Origin: the human T2T-CHM13v2.0 reference genome, Homo sapiens
Reading direction: 5' to 3' (one strand)
DNA: 64,000 bases
Assembly (NCBI RefSeq): GCF_009914755.1
Contig: NC_060927.1
This document shows positions 1-16,289 of the stretch, piece after piece. Within the stretch, counting starts at the first letter, position 1. Each line of letters starts with the position of its first letter. The notes below the pieces were generated by a model. It was not told the DNA's origin. It did not search any database and was given only the letters and a program-made list of their open reading frames with translations. A program made the translations under genes and the position numbers.

Positions 1-15
1 AATACATTTATCCTC

Positions 16-24
16 CAGGTAAGA
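16..24 (+). other. Candidate splice donor CAG|GTAAGA (an exon may end at position 18)
   Basis: Near-consensus donor at the window edge; the upstream exon is not visible. Confidence 0.3.
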
Positions 25-88
25 CTGCACCGGATTCAGGTGAATGCTTAAGTATACCTCCTCTGCTCTGCAAGGGAGCTCTTGGGAA

Positions 89-120
89 ACACACACACAC
101 GCACACACACACGCGCGTGC
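89..120. repeat. (CA)n/(CG)n microsatellite
   Basis: acacacacacacgcacacacacacgcgcgtgc; alternating purine-pyrimidine tract. Confidence 0.9.
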
Positions 121-454
121 CACGCTCTCTCTCTTTCAACCCAAGGGTGACAGAGTGAAACATTATGCAGAGAGGTTATTCCAAAACATTCTGGGAAGCT
201 CACTAAAAATTGATTTTAATTACCTAGATATGTTCTGATTATAAAGGTAATAGGTGCTCATAGAATGATTGGAAAAATTCTGTTGTGGAAGAAAATACAA
301 TATATCTGAAACCCTGCCCCTGTTAACAATCCTCCAGGTGGTATTCTATTAAGGTTACTCTTTAAGCTTCCACAGGATGTTGATTTTTCCTGTGTGGAGG
401 TAGAAAGGTGAGGCAGAAGGAGAACTTGTCCCTAATCTGGAAACTCTGTTTCCC

Positions 455-622
455 AATTTTTATATATTCAAGAATTTTGCAAACTGCTTGTTAAAAACGA
501 TTAAAAACAATGGGTGGCTTGAAACTGACCACGATGGGGAAACTTATGCCATGGAAATGGGCAAGTGCTACAACCCAGGGCTTTTTTGTTTTGGAAATTC
601 CGATTAGATAAGCAAGCTGCTG
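455..622 (+). mobile_element. MER63-like hAT-Blackjack DNA transposon fossil
   Basis: aagaattttgc...ttgttaaa, ggtggcttgaaactgaccacgatggg, atggaaatgggcaagtgctacaa..cagggctt resemble recalled MER63A. Confidence 0.6.
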
Positions 623-1440
623 GTTTCAGGGCTTACCCTACCCCAGGCTGTGGGGCATCCGGCAAATCACCTCCCCTATGCATTCCTTCATTTCCTCACC
701 TGTGAACGGTAGGTGCCCAGTAACATGAGTTGCGTGAATAAATGAAAGTGAGATTTCCGTCATTATTTCATACAACAATCGTGAGGGTCCCATAAAATAA
801 TGAAAACAGAAATGTTTTGCGTACAGTGAGCCTCCCTGCCCCTGTAGAGAGGGGCTTAGTTGACTGGGCAACCTTTGGTTTAGTGGTAGAAGTTGGCTGC
901 ATTTCCCCCTTTGGCTCTTGCTCCTTGGGGAGCCTTCGGATTACTGACACCCTTTTATAAAGGCAGATGAAAACCCACCATTTACTGGCCAACATCTGGG
1001 GCACATTTCCTTCCCGGAAAAGTCACGAAGTTGGTCAGAGAAGTGTGAAAAGGGAGCCTCAGCAATGCAGGACATAAGAGCCAGAACTGAAATCAGAGTT
1101 TTTGACTCATAATCTCTAATGCGGGTGTGGGGGACTTCCTGCCAAATGTGAAATTGCAACAAAAGCCTCTTTCTTCAAAGCCCTGCTGTTGCAGCAGATT
1201 AGAGCTAATAAATTAGCATAATGAAGTCCCAGCCTCTGTCCCCCTCCCTCTGCTTCCTGAATCTCTTCCTGTGTCCCAAAGGAGGGATAGGGAGCGGGTG
1301 GGACATCCGTTAAGCACCAGTTTATCCTTGTAGAATTGTAGGTTCAGAAAATTATAAAGGTGGTAAGGTCTACAGAGTCCATCTGGTCCCACACCCTCAT
1401 TTTAAGAACCTCAGGCCACTGAGCTGGTGATTACCAGTGA

Positions 1441-2013
<573 letters not shown>

Positions 2014-2079
2014 TAACTGAGATCTTATTCTGAGAATCTTTAGATCTATTTATGACAAAGGGAAGGAAGGGAAGAGGCT

Positions 2080-2250
2080 GTTGATTGAGCTCATGATGGT
2101 TCCCGGCACAGTGTTTTGTAATCTGTCTACATTATCTTATTTAATTCTGCAATGAGCTAACAAGGTATCTATCCCATGTCACGGATGTGGAAATTGGGTC
2201 TCACAGAGGTAAAGAGACTTCTGCAAGATTTCACAGCTCATAAGCAAAAG
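2080..2250 (-). mobile_element. MIR SINE
   Basis: MIR core-like acggatgtggaaattgggtctcacagaggtaaagagactt. Confidence 0.65.
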
Positions 2251-2991
2251 AGATACACTAAGGCTGTCTGTGACCTCCACAGCTTCTCAAAGCTAGTGAG
2301 TGCTCTTTATGGCAAGCACTTGCCCACGTGGTAGTTCCAAAATGCAGTTCCCACACACAGAGTCTCTCCCGTCGGGGAATATCATTCCATCTCGGAAGCT
2401 CTGTGAACAGCTGCAGCTCAAAGTGCTTGGAGCTTTGCAAAATGCTACACTGTTCCTTTCAAACCCCAAGGTCTCTTCCTTGTAGTGTAAGATAGCACCA
2501 GAGCTGGGAGCATTTATAGAGTGCTATAGTGTAGTCCTCTCATTCAGCTGATGCCCCAGGAGGTGAGGCCCAGTGGTGCTGGGCCCCCAGATCTCCCCGC
2601 CAGTTAGAAGCAACAGGCGTGTCAGTCCCTGGACTCTCAGAACTGTTTCCCGGGGAGCGCACAAAGACAGATATGCTTGCGTTTCCTCTGCAACTCGGGA
2701 AGAGATTATTCCTCTGGCTAGGGGGATTTAATTCAGTTCCACAGATACTTACTGAAAGCCTACTATGTGCCCTGCCAAATATCTCAGCTTGTTTGGGCAA
2801 GAAACTCTGGCCCACACTTGGACATACAGATCTGACAGGGACAAGAGGAGGAGCTTCCATACTTCAAGGCTGTTTAGTACCTTCTTTTTCCGTCCGTTCT
2901 GTCACCACTCATGTCCAGCCTTTCCTTCAAGAACTCTAAAGGAGAAATTATGTCTCAAGTAGCTGTGTGTCCAGGGTTTCCAGACTCCTGA

Positions 2992-3327
<336 letters not shown>

Positions 3328-3939
3328 TAACTTGCTAACTGGGGAACAAACCAGCAGATGGGGGAGGGAGTCAGGGTCTTTGGAAGATACCTACTGAGGG
3401 ACAGGGCTGAGGGGAGGAGGCAGAGTGGCAGAGGGAGTGATTTGGGGAGGCACTGCTACGTGGAGGTGGTGCCCTGCCTTCAGCTTTGGCTCAGCAGGGC
3501 ACTCAGAACATGAATTACAGCCGAAAGAGCTCCTTGGAAGGCTTGATCGTTAGCCATCATGTCTTTCACTTAAGGAAATGGAGGCCCAGAAAGGGGAAGG
3601 ATGTTATTTGCAGCATGAGAGGAATTGGAGTCTGTTCTGCTGACTGTCTGGTCAGGTCCTTGACACAAAACCACCGTGGCAGTAGAGGCCAGGGTGTCCT
3701 GGGGAGCCGGCACAGCCCACTTCCTGCCTTAGCCCATCTGGCCCGGGATGGGCTGGCTTTGGCTGTTGGAGGTATTTGTGGCAGTGGCAATCCAAGAGAG
3801 AGAGGGTGTCATTTTAGTGATGCCAGAGATCTCCTGCAGCCCCAGCCCCTCATTCTCATTTGGAGCCTTCTTCGAGGTCTTGCTTAGGCCGGGGAGTTAT
3901 GGCCTGTGGCTTCAGGTTGGGAATTTGCCACTGTAGAAA

Positions 3940-4150
3940 GGCATCACAGTACGGAGAAAAGTGGCCCAGCTTTGAAGCCATTTGACTTGGGTCTGAGCCT
4001 GACCTGACCATAGCTGCATGACCTCCCGGCTTTCTGATCCAGTTTCATCATCTGTAAAATGGGCCGAATAATACCTACCTTGAGTGAAGATGAATAATTA
4101 TTTATATAAAGTTTTTTCCCCACAAAGTAGATGCCTATTAGATGGTACCC
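3940..4150 (+). mobile_element. MIR SINE
   Basis: cagtttcatcatctgtaaaatggg..aataatacctacct core. Confidence 0.75.
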
Positions 4151-4171
4151 ATTAATCTTGTTTTATATACC

Positions 4172-5435
<1,264 letters not shown>

Positions 5436-5449
5436 GTACATGACAGGAG

Positions 5450-5710
5450 ATGGAAGCAAGTAAGCTAATTATTGCAATTCAGTTGAATAAGTGCTGTGCA
5501 CAGGAAGTGCAGAGGAAGAGCGGTGATCTCAGGATGGGGAGTCAAGGAAGCTTCCTTAAGGAGAAGCTATATGAATTGGATCTTAAAGGAAATGAAAAGT
5601 TATCTAGGCGAGGGAAGGGTAGCCTCAGTAGAAGTTCGTATGTGCCAAGGCATGGAAACAGGAAACGTCGTGGTACACACAGTACTATGAATAATTTGAC
5701 CTGGTTGGAA
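5450..5710 (-). mobile_element. L2 LINE fragment
   Basis: agtcaaggaagcttccttaaggagaag, atgtgccaaggcatggaaacaggaaa resemble the L2 3' region. Confidence 0.65.
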
Positions 5711-5968
5711 CACCAGGATTTTGGAGCGAAGAGTCTGAACTGGAATCCCAGTTTTCTTACTGGCTGGGTGCCTTTTCTTTTTATTTAACTTTTTATTTGG
5801 AAACGATTGTAGATGCACAGGAAGTTGAAAAGATAGTACAGAGACTCCTGATGCATCCTTCCTTTAGTTTCTTGTTTCTTCTTACATAATTATAGTACAA
5901 TATCAAAACCAGCCATCTGAGATTGGTACAACATGTGTATAGTTTGTGTCATTTTCTCTTGTGTGTAG

Positions 5969-6331
<363 letters not shown>

Positions 6332-6804
6332 TGGATACAGAACTATTTTATCATCAAAAAGGTCTTCCTTGTGCTGACCCTTTTTTGTCACCCTGCCCCC
6401 ACCTCTGTTTTTCACTTCTATAATTTTGCCTTTGGAGAATATTCTCTAAATAGGATCATACAATATACAACCTTTTGAGGTTGGCTTTTTTGCACTCATC
6501 ATAATGCCCTTCAGGTCTACTAAAATTGTTGAATTTATCAATAGTTTGCTCTTTTTGTTAAATTACCGAATAGTATTCCATGGTATGCATGTATCACAGT
6601 TTAATTGTTTGCCTATGGAAGGGCATTTTGGTTAATTTCAGTTTTTGGCTATTACAAGTTAAGCTGCTATGAACAATTGTGTTCTGATTTTTGTGTGGAC
6701 ATAAATTTTTGCTTCTCTGATATAAATGCCGAGGAGTTCAATTGCTAAGTTGCATGGTGAGCATATTATTTTGTTTTTGAAGAAACGGCCAAACCATTTC
6801 CTAG

Positions 6805-7207
<403 letters not shown>

Positions 7208-7546
7208 CAACGTTAGCTGTTTTAATAGATGTGTAGTGATATCTTATTGTGGTCTTAATTTGTGTTTCCCTAACAGCTGGTTGTGTGCCTCTCTTTCTGC
7301 TCCCCCAGTCTGGCTGTCTGAATCTAGACCACAGCCTGTACTCCTTAAGTGTTGGAAGCAAGAAGATTTGGTGCTGACAAACCCCCTCCCATCATTTTCA
7401 GAGCTGCCCCAGGAATCTGACTTCCTTGTTCTTCAGCCCAGTTCACCAGTTATAGGAAATCTTTAGTCATTGTCCTGGGTAGCCCATGAAAAGTGATATT
7501 TTATAGAGCTGTGTATTTTTCCAGGGAGGATTGTTTTTGTTCACAG

Positions 7547-7561
7547 ATGAGCAAACATCCT
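7547..7561 (+). other. Candidate 15-nt micro-exon (ATGAGCAAACATCCT)
   Basis: ttgtttttgttcacag| acceptor and |gtaagt donor; alternative acceptor tttttccag at 7524. Confidence 0.2.
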
Positions 7562-7829
7562 GTAAGTGCTGATTTTTCACTGTGCTTTCCACCCTGTTCC
7601 TCCCTGGTGCCAGCGTGCCAACATCTCTACTTACTGGCAGCCTAGTTGAAGAAACCTCTAGAGTTGGCCCAGGAGGACTGTTTTCTCAGTGTTTAGAGAT
7701 CATACAGTGCCAAGGGCAGCTGCCATGGCCTCAAGCCTTCCCTAGCTCAGCATCTTCTACTCTTTCCTCTTACAGATGGAGAGGCAACTTCAATGCACTG
7801 GGGAAAGAAACGAACAATGACAGTGAATG

Positions 7830-8040
7830 ATGATATTGCACTTCTTATGGACCAGGCTCTAAGTGTTTTATGTATATTAATTCACTTAATCCCCATGACA
7901 ACCCTAAGAATTGGGTACAATTTATAACTCCATTTTATAAATGAGGAAACAGGCATAGAGAGGTCTCATAGCTAGTAAGTTGGAATTTGAACCTGGGGAG
8001 TAGGACACCCAGGTCTGTCCTCTTAGTCATTATGCTATGC
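7830..8040 (-). mobile_element. MIR SINE
   Basis: ccattttataaatgaggaaacaggcatagagagg core. Confidence 0.8.
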
Positions 8041-8049
8041 TACCTGCTA

Positions 8050-8360
8050 CTTTCTTACTTTCTTTTTTTTTTTTTGAGACAGGGTCTCACTCTGACACCC
8101 AGGCTGGAGTGCGCCTGGGAGGGATGTCATCTCACTGCAACCTCCACCTCCCGGGTTCAAGTGATTCTCATGTCTCAGCCTCCCAAGTAGCTGGGACTAC
8201 AGGCACGGGCCACCACACCCAGCTAATTTTTTGTGTTTTTAGTAGAGACAGGGTTTTGCCATGTTGACCAGGCTGGTCTCAAACTCCTGACCTCCTGTGA
8301 TCTGCCCGCCCCGGCCTCCCAAAGTGTTGGGATTACAGGCGTGAGCCACCATGCCCGGCC
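8050..8360 (-). mobile_element. AluS with a locally rearranged segment (8113-8129)
   Basis: Full-length Alu motifs. Confidence 0.93.
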
Positions 8361-8440
8361 ACTGCTTGTTACTATGTGTACATTACCTGCACTAGGGTGG
8401 ATAGAACCTCATGTGGCACACACATGACGCCACATAACAC

Positions 8441-8606
8441 GGCTCATGTGTTCACAGTGCCCAGCACAGAAGCATGCACATAGTAGGTGTTTATTTAAAA
8501 AAGTTGATTGAATGCTGAATGAGTGAGTGGGCACTCTTCACTGACGAACTGGGGTAAGGCACATACTCCCTGTTTGATTTCAGTGTAGCACTGCCCTATA
8601 GCTGGG
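8441..8606 (+). repeat. Left arm of ~165-bp inverted duplication
   Basis: Reverse complement of 9563-9726; first 30 bp identical, ~89% overall by hand. Confidence 0.95.
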
Positions 8607-8794
8607 CAAACACCTTGGTGTCTCCCCTTAGGAGCATGTGGGAAGAAGAGGAGGATTTGCCATGAGCTTTCTCTGGGACAGGAGCAGTTTGGGATGTTGA
8701 GATGGGAAATGGAGTATTGAGAAGTGAGTGTATTTCCAGGGGGAATGGAGAGGTCTTTGGAGACCTGCATTGGCCATGGGCTGCCCAGTTGTGA

Positions 8795-9159
<365 letters not shown>

Positions 9160-9562
9160 TGAGTCTCCTGTGCACTCAGGGCTGGCTCACATATACTGCA
9201 GGAAGAGGCAGGAGGAGGATGACACAGGGGACTGGACCTTGGAGGATAGCACATGATTGCACTGGCCCTCAGATTTTCAACCCCCTGCCTGTGCAGCAGT
9301 AACCTTGACTGCACTGTAGAGACTCCCATCCACTTCATCTCACCCTTGCCCATCAGGGGTGTCTGGGAAAGAGAGGTTTCTAGCCTGACAGATCTGAGTT
9401 CCAATTGCAATGCCTCAGTTGCCTCACCTGTAGACAGAGCAATAATAATAGCTGGTTTGTAGATTGTTGTGAGGGCAAAGTGGAGAAGTGTCTTAGGGAG
9501 TGTTGGCTCCCTCTCCTAACTCTTTGCCTCTCCTCCTCTCCTGGAGGCCCTCTTCATGAACA

Positions 9563-9726
9563 CCCAGCTGTAGGGCAGTGCTGCACTGAAAGAAAACGGG
9601 ACATGTGCCTTACCCAAGTTCAGTCAGCGAAGAGTGTCCATTCACTCATTCAGCATTCAATCGACTTTTTAAATGAACACCTACTGTGTGCTTGCCTCTG
9701 TGCTGGGCACTGTGAACACATGAGCC
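9563..9726 (-). repeat. Right arm of ~165-bp inverted duplication (overlaps an L2 tail continuing to ~9900)
   Basis: Matches the left arm; cattcactcattcagcattcaa...gaacacctactgtgtg is L2-tail-like. Confidence 0.95.
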
Positions 9727-10269
9727 ATGGCGCTTGACCTCCTGTAGCATGTGAGCTAAAGAGAGAGAGACAAATGCTAATTAAATAGTAACACAATCAA
9801 ATGTGAAACCGTGAATTGTGGGGGTTGCTGTGGAGGAAGCTCTGTGGTGTTGCGTGAATGAACCACAGCCTGGGAAGCCAGTGGATAGATACTTCCTCGG
9901 GAAAGTGATTTCATCCTGGGGTTTGACTCTCTAGCTTTGGGCCACTGGAGAGGCCAGTGTGGAAGATTCAGTAGGATCAGTCCACTTTATGCTATATCCT
10001 GACTATAGGCTGACCAGGCGCCTGGCCACCCCAGGGCCCTCACCCCGCCTCCAACAGCCTAGACCGTTCCTTGAGATTACCCATATCCAACCATCCACAG
10101 GTGCTGCCGATACTGCAGGAACCGACTGAGCTTGGATCCCACACCTTACAGACCCGGAGCATCTTTTCTGTTGTTTATTTTTGGGTTAGCTCATAACTCA
10201 CTTTATCACTCAGCCGAACAGTGAGCCACCATGGACCATGGTGGTTTTGATCATCATACAGATATTTAA

Positions 10270-10405
10270 AGACAACTTTATTGAGGTACAGTTTATATTC
10301 CATGAAATCAACCCATGTTAAGTATACAATTCAGTGATTTTTTTTAGTAAACTTACTGAGCTGTGCAGTTGTCACCACAATCCAGTTATAGAACATTTCC
10401 GTCAT
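10270..10405 (-). mobile_element. L1MB 3' fragment
   Basis: aactttattgaggtacagtttatattccatgaaatcaacccatgttaagtatacaattcagtg. Confidence 0.75.
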
Positions 10406-10699
10406 TAGTGGGGTCAGCTTTAGATGCAAAAGACAGGAGAATTATTTTTGTTTTTATGGGATTAGTTCTGTGCTCCCAGCAGGAAGATCTCATTAATTAA
10501 TTAATTAATTCAATTAGTATTTACTGAGAGCCTGGTTGGGGGGGGGGGCGCCCACAGCAGGGTTGGGTGCAAAGGGAAATAAATAAATAAACAAGTGGTG
10601 GGGGCTGCTTCACTGTGGCTGATGAGCTTCCACTGTCAAGTGTAGCCTAACTTGCCTGCTCAGGTGGGGTTCATGGCAGCTGCAGGGCAGGTTTCTGCT

Positions 10700-11035
10700 T
10701 TCTACCCTGTAACTCTTATTGGAAGGCAAGGCAAAGGCCTTCTTTTGCAATACCTGGTATTGCAGTGAATTATTGACTGAGCAGACAGAGAGACGTGTCC
10801 TCGCCAACATCTACAAATAGCTCTGGGCTTTGGCAGGCCTGGATGCAGGATCTTGGAAAAGAGGAGCGTGGGTCTGCTGTTTACAGTGCAAAGATTTGAC
10901 AGGTGAAATTGGGGCGAGGGTGCGCTGAGGGAGGAAAGGAGTGCAGGCAACGTCAGGGCCGGTGGCCAGGGTGAATCCAGGGAAGCGGGTGCCTGTGTGC
11001 ACGGTGGGTGTTGCTTGGAGGCTGGGGAGTGAGTG
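10700..11035 (+). promoter_or_regulatory. Candidate promoter/enhancer with possible first-exon donor
   Basis: Repeat-free and GC/CpG-enriched; TGTTTAC (10878-10884), C/EBP-like TTTTGCAAT, GC-box-like GGGGCGAGGG; donors at 11004 (ACG|gtgggt) and 11029 (GGA|gtgagt). Confidence 0.3.
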
Positions 11036-11474
11036 GGAGTATGGCCTTGTATACTAGACTGAGAGGCATTTGCACTTAATGGAGTAAACATGGAAGATGC
11101 AATTTCAGTGTCTGAGGAGGAGCTTAATGATTCAGAGCTGGACTTCAGGAGATTAATCTTTTGTGAGAAGATAAGCAAGGGATGGGTTGGGAGACTGTTG
11201 TGAGGGTCCTAGTATTAGATGATGTGGACTTGACTTGGACAGGGGCATTGAGGCAAGGAAAGAAGAAGTGCAGGGGAGAGAAAGTTCTGCCAGGTGATGG
11301 GGAGTGATTCTTCTCTGTCCCTGAGGTTCGTACCTGCCTGGCCATCTGCCTTTTGCTGTTCAACCAGTCTCCCTCTGCCTGTCCACAACTGAACTTCCCC
11401 ACAGTGTGTTCTTCCATGGCCTCTTTGTACTCTCCCATCCACTTCTTCCCTCTTGTTCTACTTCTCTTGCCCAG

Positions 11475-11603
11475 GAGGAAGGAGAGGATCCAGCGAAAGA
11501 GATGGAGAGAAACAGAACACTGTACCCATGAAAGGCAGTGCCAGGGCAGGCAGTGGAGAGAGACTTCCAGAGAGGGTGGCTGGCTGTGCCAAACGCCACA
11601 GAA
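11475..11603 (+). other. Candidate 129-nt exon derived from antisense L2
   Basis: Long pyrimidine tract ending cttctcttgcccag|, donor GAA|gtgagt; purine-rich body resembling minus-strand L2. Confidence 0.4.
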
Positions 11604-12116
11604 GTGAGTGAGGCTGGCACTGAAGGAGGTCTGGGGGACTCACGATTGGGACTAGGGTGAGACCTCCCTTACCTCATCCCAATCCTGGCCCTGGGAGGAA
11701 CTGGGGACCTCGGAGAAAGCATTAGTTTACAACAAACTGGACCAAGTGTGGGACTGTTTCTTCTGAGGACAGCCTCCCAGCCTCCCATAGGAAACTGCCT
11801 GCAACTGCTCGGGACCCACTGGTCTCCTTCTTCCCCACCCCAAGACAGCCCCTCAGGGTCTCCACGGGCTCGCTAGAGTTCCTGCACACAGTTTCAAGAC
11901 CACAGATCAAACTCACCTCCCTGCATCCTACCACAGAGAACTCTGAGACCCAGCAAAGTACCTGACTTGTCCAAGGTCATCCAGTGAGGTGTGACCTTGT
12001 GGGTCTTTCCTTTGCTTTCCTTTGATTTCTCATCTTCAGTTGGTTTACGCTCCCCTTTTATTCACCTCCCCCAACCTTCCCCTCCTCCGTAAGAATTGGA
12101 AACAGAGAGTTGATAG

Positions 12117-12180
12117 TTGAGGTCTGATTTATAGCTGAGGATTGAGGTCAAATTTGTAGCTGAAGATTGAAGTCCATTTA
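12117..12180. repeat. Degenerate 25-bp tandem repeat (~2.5 copies)
   Basis: ttgaggtctgatttatagctgagga / ttgaggtcaaatttgtagctgaaga / ttgaagtccattta. Confidence 0.75.
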
Positions 12181-12242
12181 CTGAGTGCCTACTTCTACCA
12201 AGCATTGTTTTAGAGGTGTTTACATACATCATTTTATTTCAT

Positions 12243-12542
<300 letters not shown>

Positions 12543-13631
12543 TAATTCTTATAAGACCCTTTCAAAGTAGGTGTCATTACCCTATTTTCCTGATGAAGAA
12601 ATAGAGGCTCCTAGAGACTGAATGGCTTGCTTACCTTTGTATAGTTACTAACTGGTGCTGCTGGTTTATATTCTCTCCCCACGCATGTATTTCTTCAGTC
12701 ACTCATATTTACCTAGTGCTTTAATGCCAGGCACTGTTTTAGGTGCTGATACCATATGAATAAAGGACACAAAAATCCTGCCAAGACCTTCTCCATTTGT
12801 GGCTTGCTTGCCAGAGGAGATCGGCTTGTTCTTTATAAAGTCTCCTGTGCTAGATGTCTCAGGGCTGGGTATAGCAGCTGCTGTGTTTATTGGCTATTGC
12901 TGAGATGAAATTCATGACCCGATTTGCTCCTCAGCCAGCAAGGCATGTGGACTTCTTTCTGTCTGCTTCCGGGGGTCTCTGAAGCCTTCTGCTGAAACTG
13001 CCCCTAGGCGAGATAGTTTATTCTGTAAGGAGTGTGACTGTGGCTCCCTCCCCCACGGCTTCTCCCCCATTTCTTTGCTTTTATCACCAGCGGTTTCCCT
13101 TAGCCACCACCGCTAGCAGAACCCTGATTTAGTTCCACGATTTAGCCCTGATAAAGGCGAGCTATTTTGGCTTCCTCTGCCCTAAGCCCCAGGGAGAATT
13201 TGGACTCAGTGTTTTCACTTGTCATTTTAGACTGTTGGCCAGAGTTTGCGGAAGAAGGCCTGTATTATTAATGCCCTTGCCGGGAACAGCTGCACCCTGC
13301 CAGGTTGTCATGTGAGACCTCTGAAAAGCTCAGAGCTACAAGGCCCACAGCTCTCCTGGGCCCACTGGGTCAGGTGGGAAATATGATCCTACAGAAACTG
13401 CAGGCAGCCAAGGAGGGCGGAAGGCAACTTGGAAGGAACTGATCAGTCTCACGCAGGAGACACAGCCGTCCTCTGAGCGCCTCAGGAGGGCTAATTCCAT
13501 CCCGTGCCTCCAGGGGCCTGCTGTATTTGAAGATCTTTTAGCCTGAGGGATTTTATCACATCATATAAAAGACACATAAAATAAAAATGAAGATATTAAT
13601 AATCAGTTTAATAATATTTAGAGAGCCATTA

Positions 13632-14130
<499 letters not shown>

Positions 14131-14479
14131 CTAGCTGGAAGCTCCTGCCCCTTTCAGGATGCTGTGAGCCACTAGACACATCATATTTCTCTGACTCCTC
14201 CTCAGTTTATCTGTGCAGTTGGTTCCCACTCCTCTCTCTCCACGTTACTCTGTTAACAGCTTCTGGAGCCTGGTGTTCCAGGAGGGACTTGACCAGAGTT
14301 CACTATCTGCTGAGCCAGGGGTTAGCTGGGTGGATGGTGGGGCTGCAGGCCAGACCAGGAGCCAGAAAAGATGGTCTCTGGCACCCTTTCCTTTATTCAC
14401 GGAAATGGCCCCTCTTCACCTCTTCGTGCTCCATCAAAGCTCCTTTTTAGTGCTGGGAGCACACCACAGAGTTTAGAGA

Positions 14480-14960
14480 AAACAATCTAATAATGTTATT
14501 TGCTTGCTTAGAAAACCTCCACCAGTCCCAGTTGCTTGCAGGATAAATTGGGACTAGAAATACCTCTGTCTGGAGCAGATGTCCTGTCGAAGACCATTTC
14601 TCATCACTGCAGCCCTTATACCCTGTCCCACCTCACAGCTTCTCCCCATCCCTGAACACAATGGGCCACTTTCATGACTGAGCCTTTGCACTGCTATTCT
14701 CTGTTGGGCATGCCTTGCTCTGCTTGGTGAACTCCTGTTCAGACTTCAAAACCCAGGATGAACTTTACCTTTTCTGACTTCTGACTTCCTCTAGTAGAGT
14801 TGGCACCACCTCCTCGGCCCTTAGTTTTTAATGCTTTACATGATTTTCCACCCACTAGTTTATGGTCTTTTCTCTAAGACCTCAGCAGCAGGAGCTGGGC
14901 CCTATTTATTTCTGTATCATCTGTATTTGGGGCATATTTGTGTGAACAAATGAATGAGGG
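14480..14960 (+). mobile_element. L2 LINE 3' region
   Basis: gagcctttgcactgctattctctg...ggtgaactcctgttcagacttcaaaacccag...gaacaaatgaatga tail. Confidence 0.75.
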
Positions 14961-15719
14961 CTCATTGTAAAACAAACTGTATATAAAGTGTGAGTCACAG
15001 GTGGCCCCACTTTAACTGAAATGTTAGGTTAGGTTGGGGGAATTCAGAGAAAGGAGAGGTGATACCCTGAGGCCTAGCGTTATTGATTAGTTGACCAGTG
15101 AGCTATGCACTCTGCCTGGAGCATTACTGCAAATGAGCCTAGGACCTATTGAGAGAAGGTCCCAGGGGTGAAGTAACAGTGGGAGGCCTTACAGTTGGGA
15201 AGTGAAGCTTAGGTCTTCCCTGTTCTCCAGGCCAGACTCAAACTCTGTGCCTGATCTGCTTCCCAAGAGAGGAACTCCTTGGGCAGACCTGGAGAAAAAG
15301 TGGGGATTTTGGATGGTCCCCAAAGGAGGGTAGGGGTAGAAGAGGAGTCGAAACAGAGACAGGAGGAAGTCCAAGACAAACTTTCCTTCCTTAATACATA
15401 GTGCTCGGGGGCATCCTTCTGGCTGTAGCATCTGCGTAATAGCTGCTCCTAAGAATGCAACGTGAGCTGAATTCAAACATGAATTTGGAGCCAGTACCTG
15501 AATATGTGGGTTGTTCTATGCCACCGGGCCCCCTGCCTGTTTAATTTCTCCTTCCCCTGCTGCCAAGGCTTCCGAGAAGTTGCTGTGTAGGTGCTTAATG
15601 CTTCGGAGATGGTCAGGTATGAGTTTAAATCCTGGTCTCGGGCACTTTAATTGCTAATTGTGTAGCACTGAGCAAAAATAATAGGGATGCAGCTTTTATA
15701 GCACCAATCAGGTCAGTGA

Positions 15720-15950
15720 TGTTGGTGATACTGTTGAGAGCTTACTATGTGCCAGGCATTATGCTAAGTGGTTGATGACCATTATCTCATTTATTCCTCC
15801 GTATACCCTACAGGCAGATGCTGTCATCATTCTGAAATTCCAGATACGTAACTGAGGTTCAGAGAGGTTAAGTAAGTTGCCTGAAGCCATAAAACAAACG
15901 ATGATGGAATCAGATCATGGATCCTGATATGTCACACCTTAACCATTGTG
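15720..15950 (-). mobile_element. MIR SINE
   Basis: gagcttactatgtgccaggcatt...aactgaggttcagagaggttaagtaagttgcctgaag. Confidence 0.85.
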
Positions 15951-15951
15951 C

Positions 15952-16124
15952 CATTGGTCTACAATTTGCCTGATCCTAAGAATCACCTGAGACTCTTGTT
16001 AAAAGAGCAATTCCCAGGCCCTGTCTCAGATTCAGATTCAGCCCAGCTGGGGTGGAGCCTGGGGAGCAGTGGATGCAGCGGGCACCCTGGATGATACTAG
16101 GATCTGGCAAGTTTAAGAAACGCT
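15952..16124. mobile_element. MER5A-like hAT-Charlie MITE
   Basis: gaatcacctgagactcttgttaaaa...ttcccaggccc...caagtttaagaaacgcta. Confidence 0.7.
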
Positions 16125-16289
16125 ATATTGTGCCTTCCTGCCTGTAAGTTGTGGCTCATGGTTGGCCCTCAAGAAATGTTAGCTGTTAGTATTATAATAT
16201 AAATGAATTGAAAGGACAGCTTATTGTGAAAGAATATACGTCTTTAAAAAGCTTATTAGTCCTGACACTAGATTTTAAAGATAGAGGTC

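Noticed and set aside
10225-10244. Perfect Kozak gccaccATGG within a 9-bp-arm palindrome
   Set aside because: The ORF is only 12 codons and the motif resembles a common Alu-type word; a short palindrome like this can arise by chance.
12117-12180. Repeat-spacer (CRISPR-like) pattern
   Set aside because: Simple degenerate tandem repeat with no unique spacers, in eukaryotic DNA.
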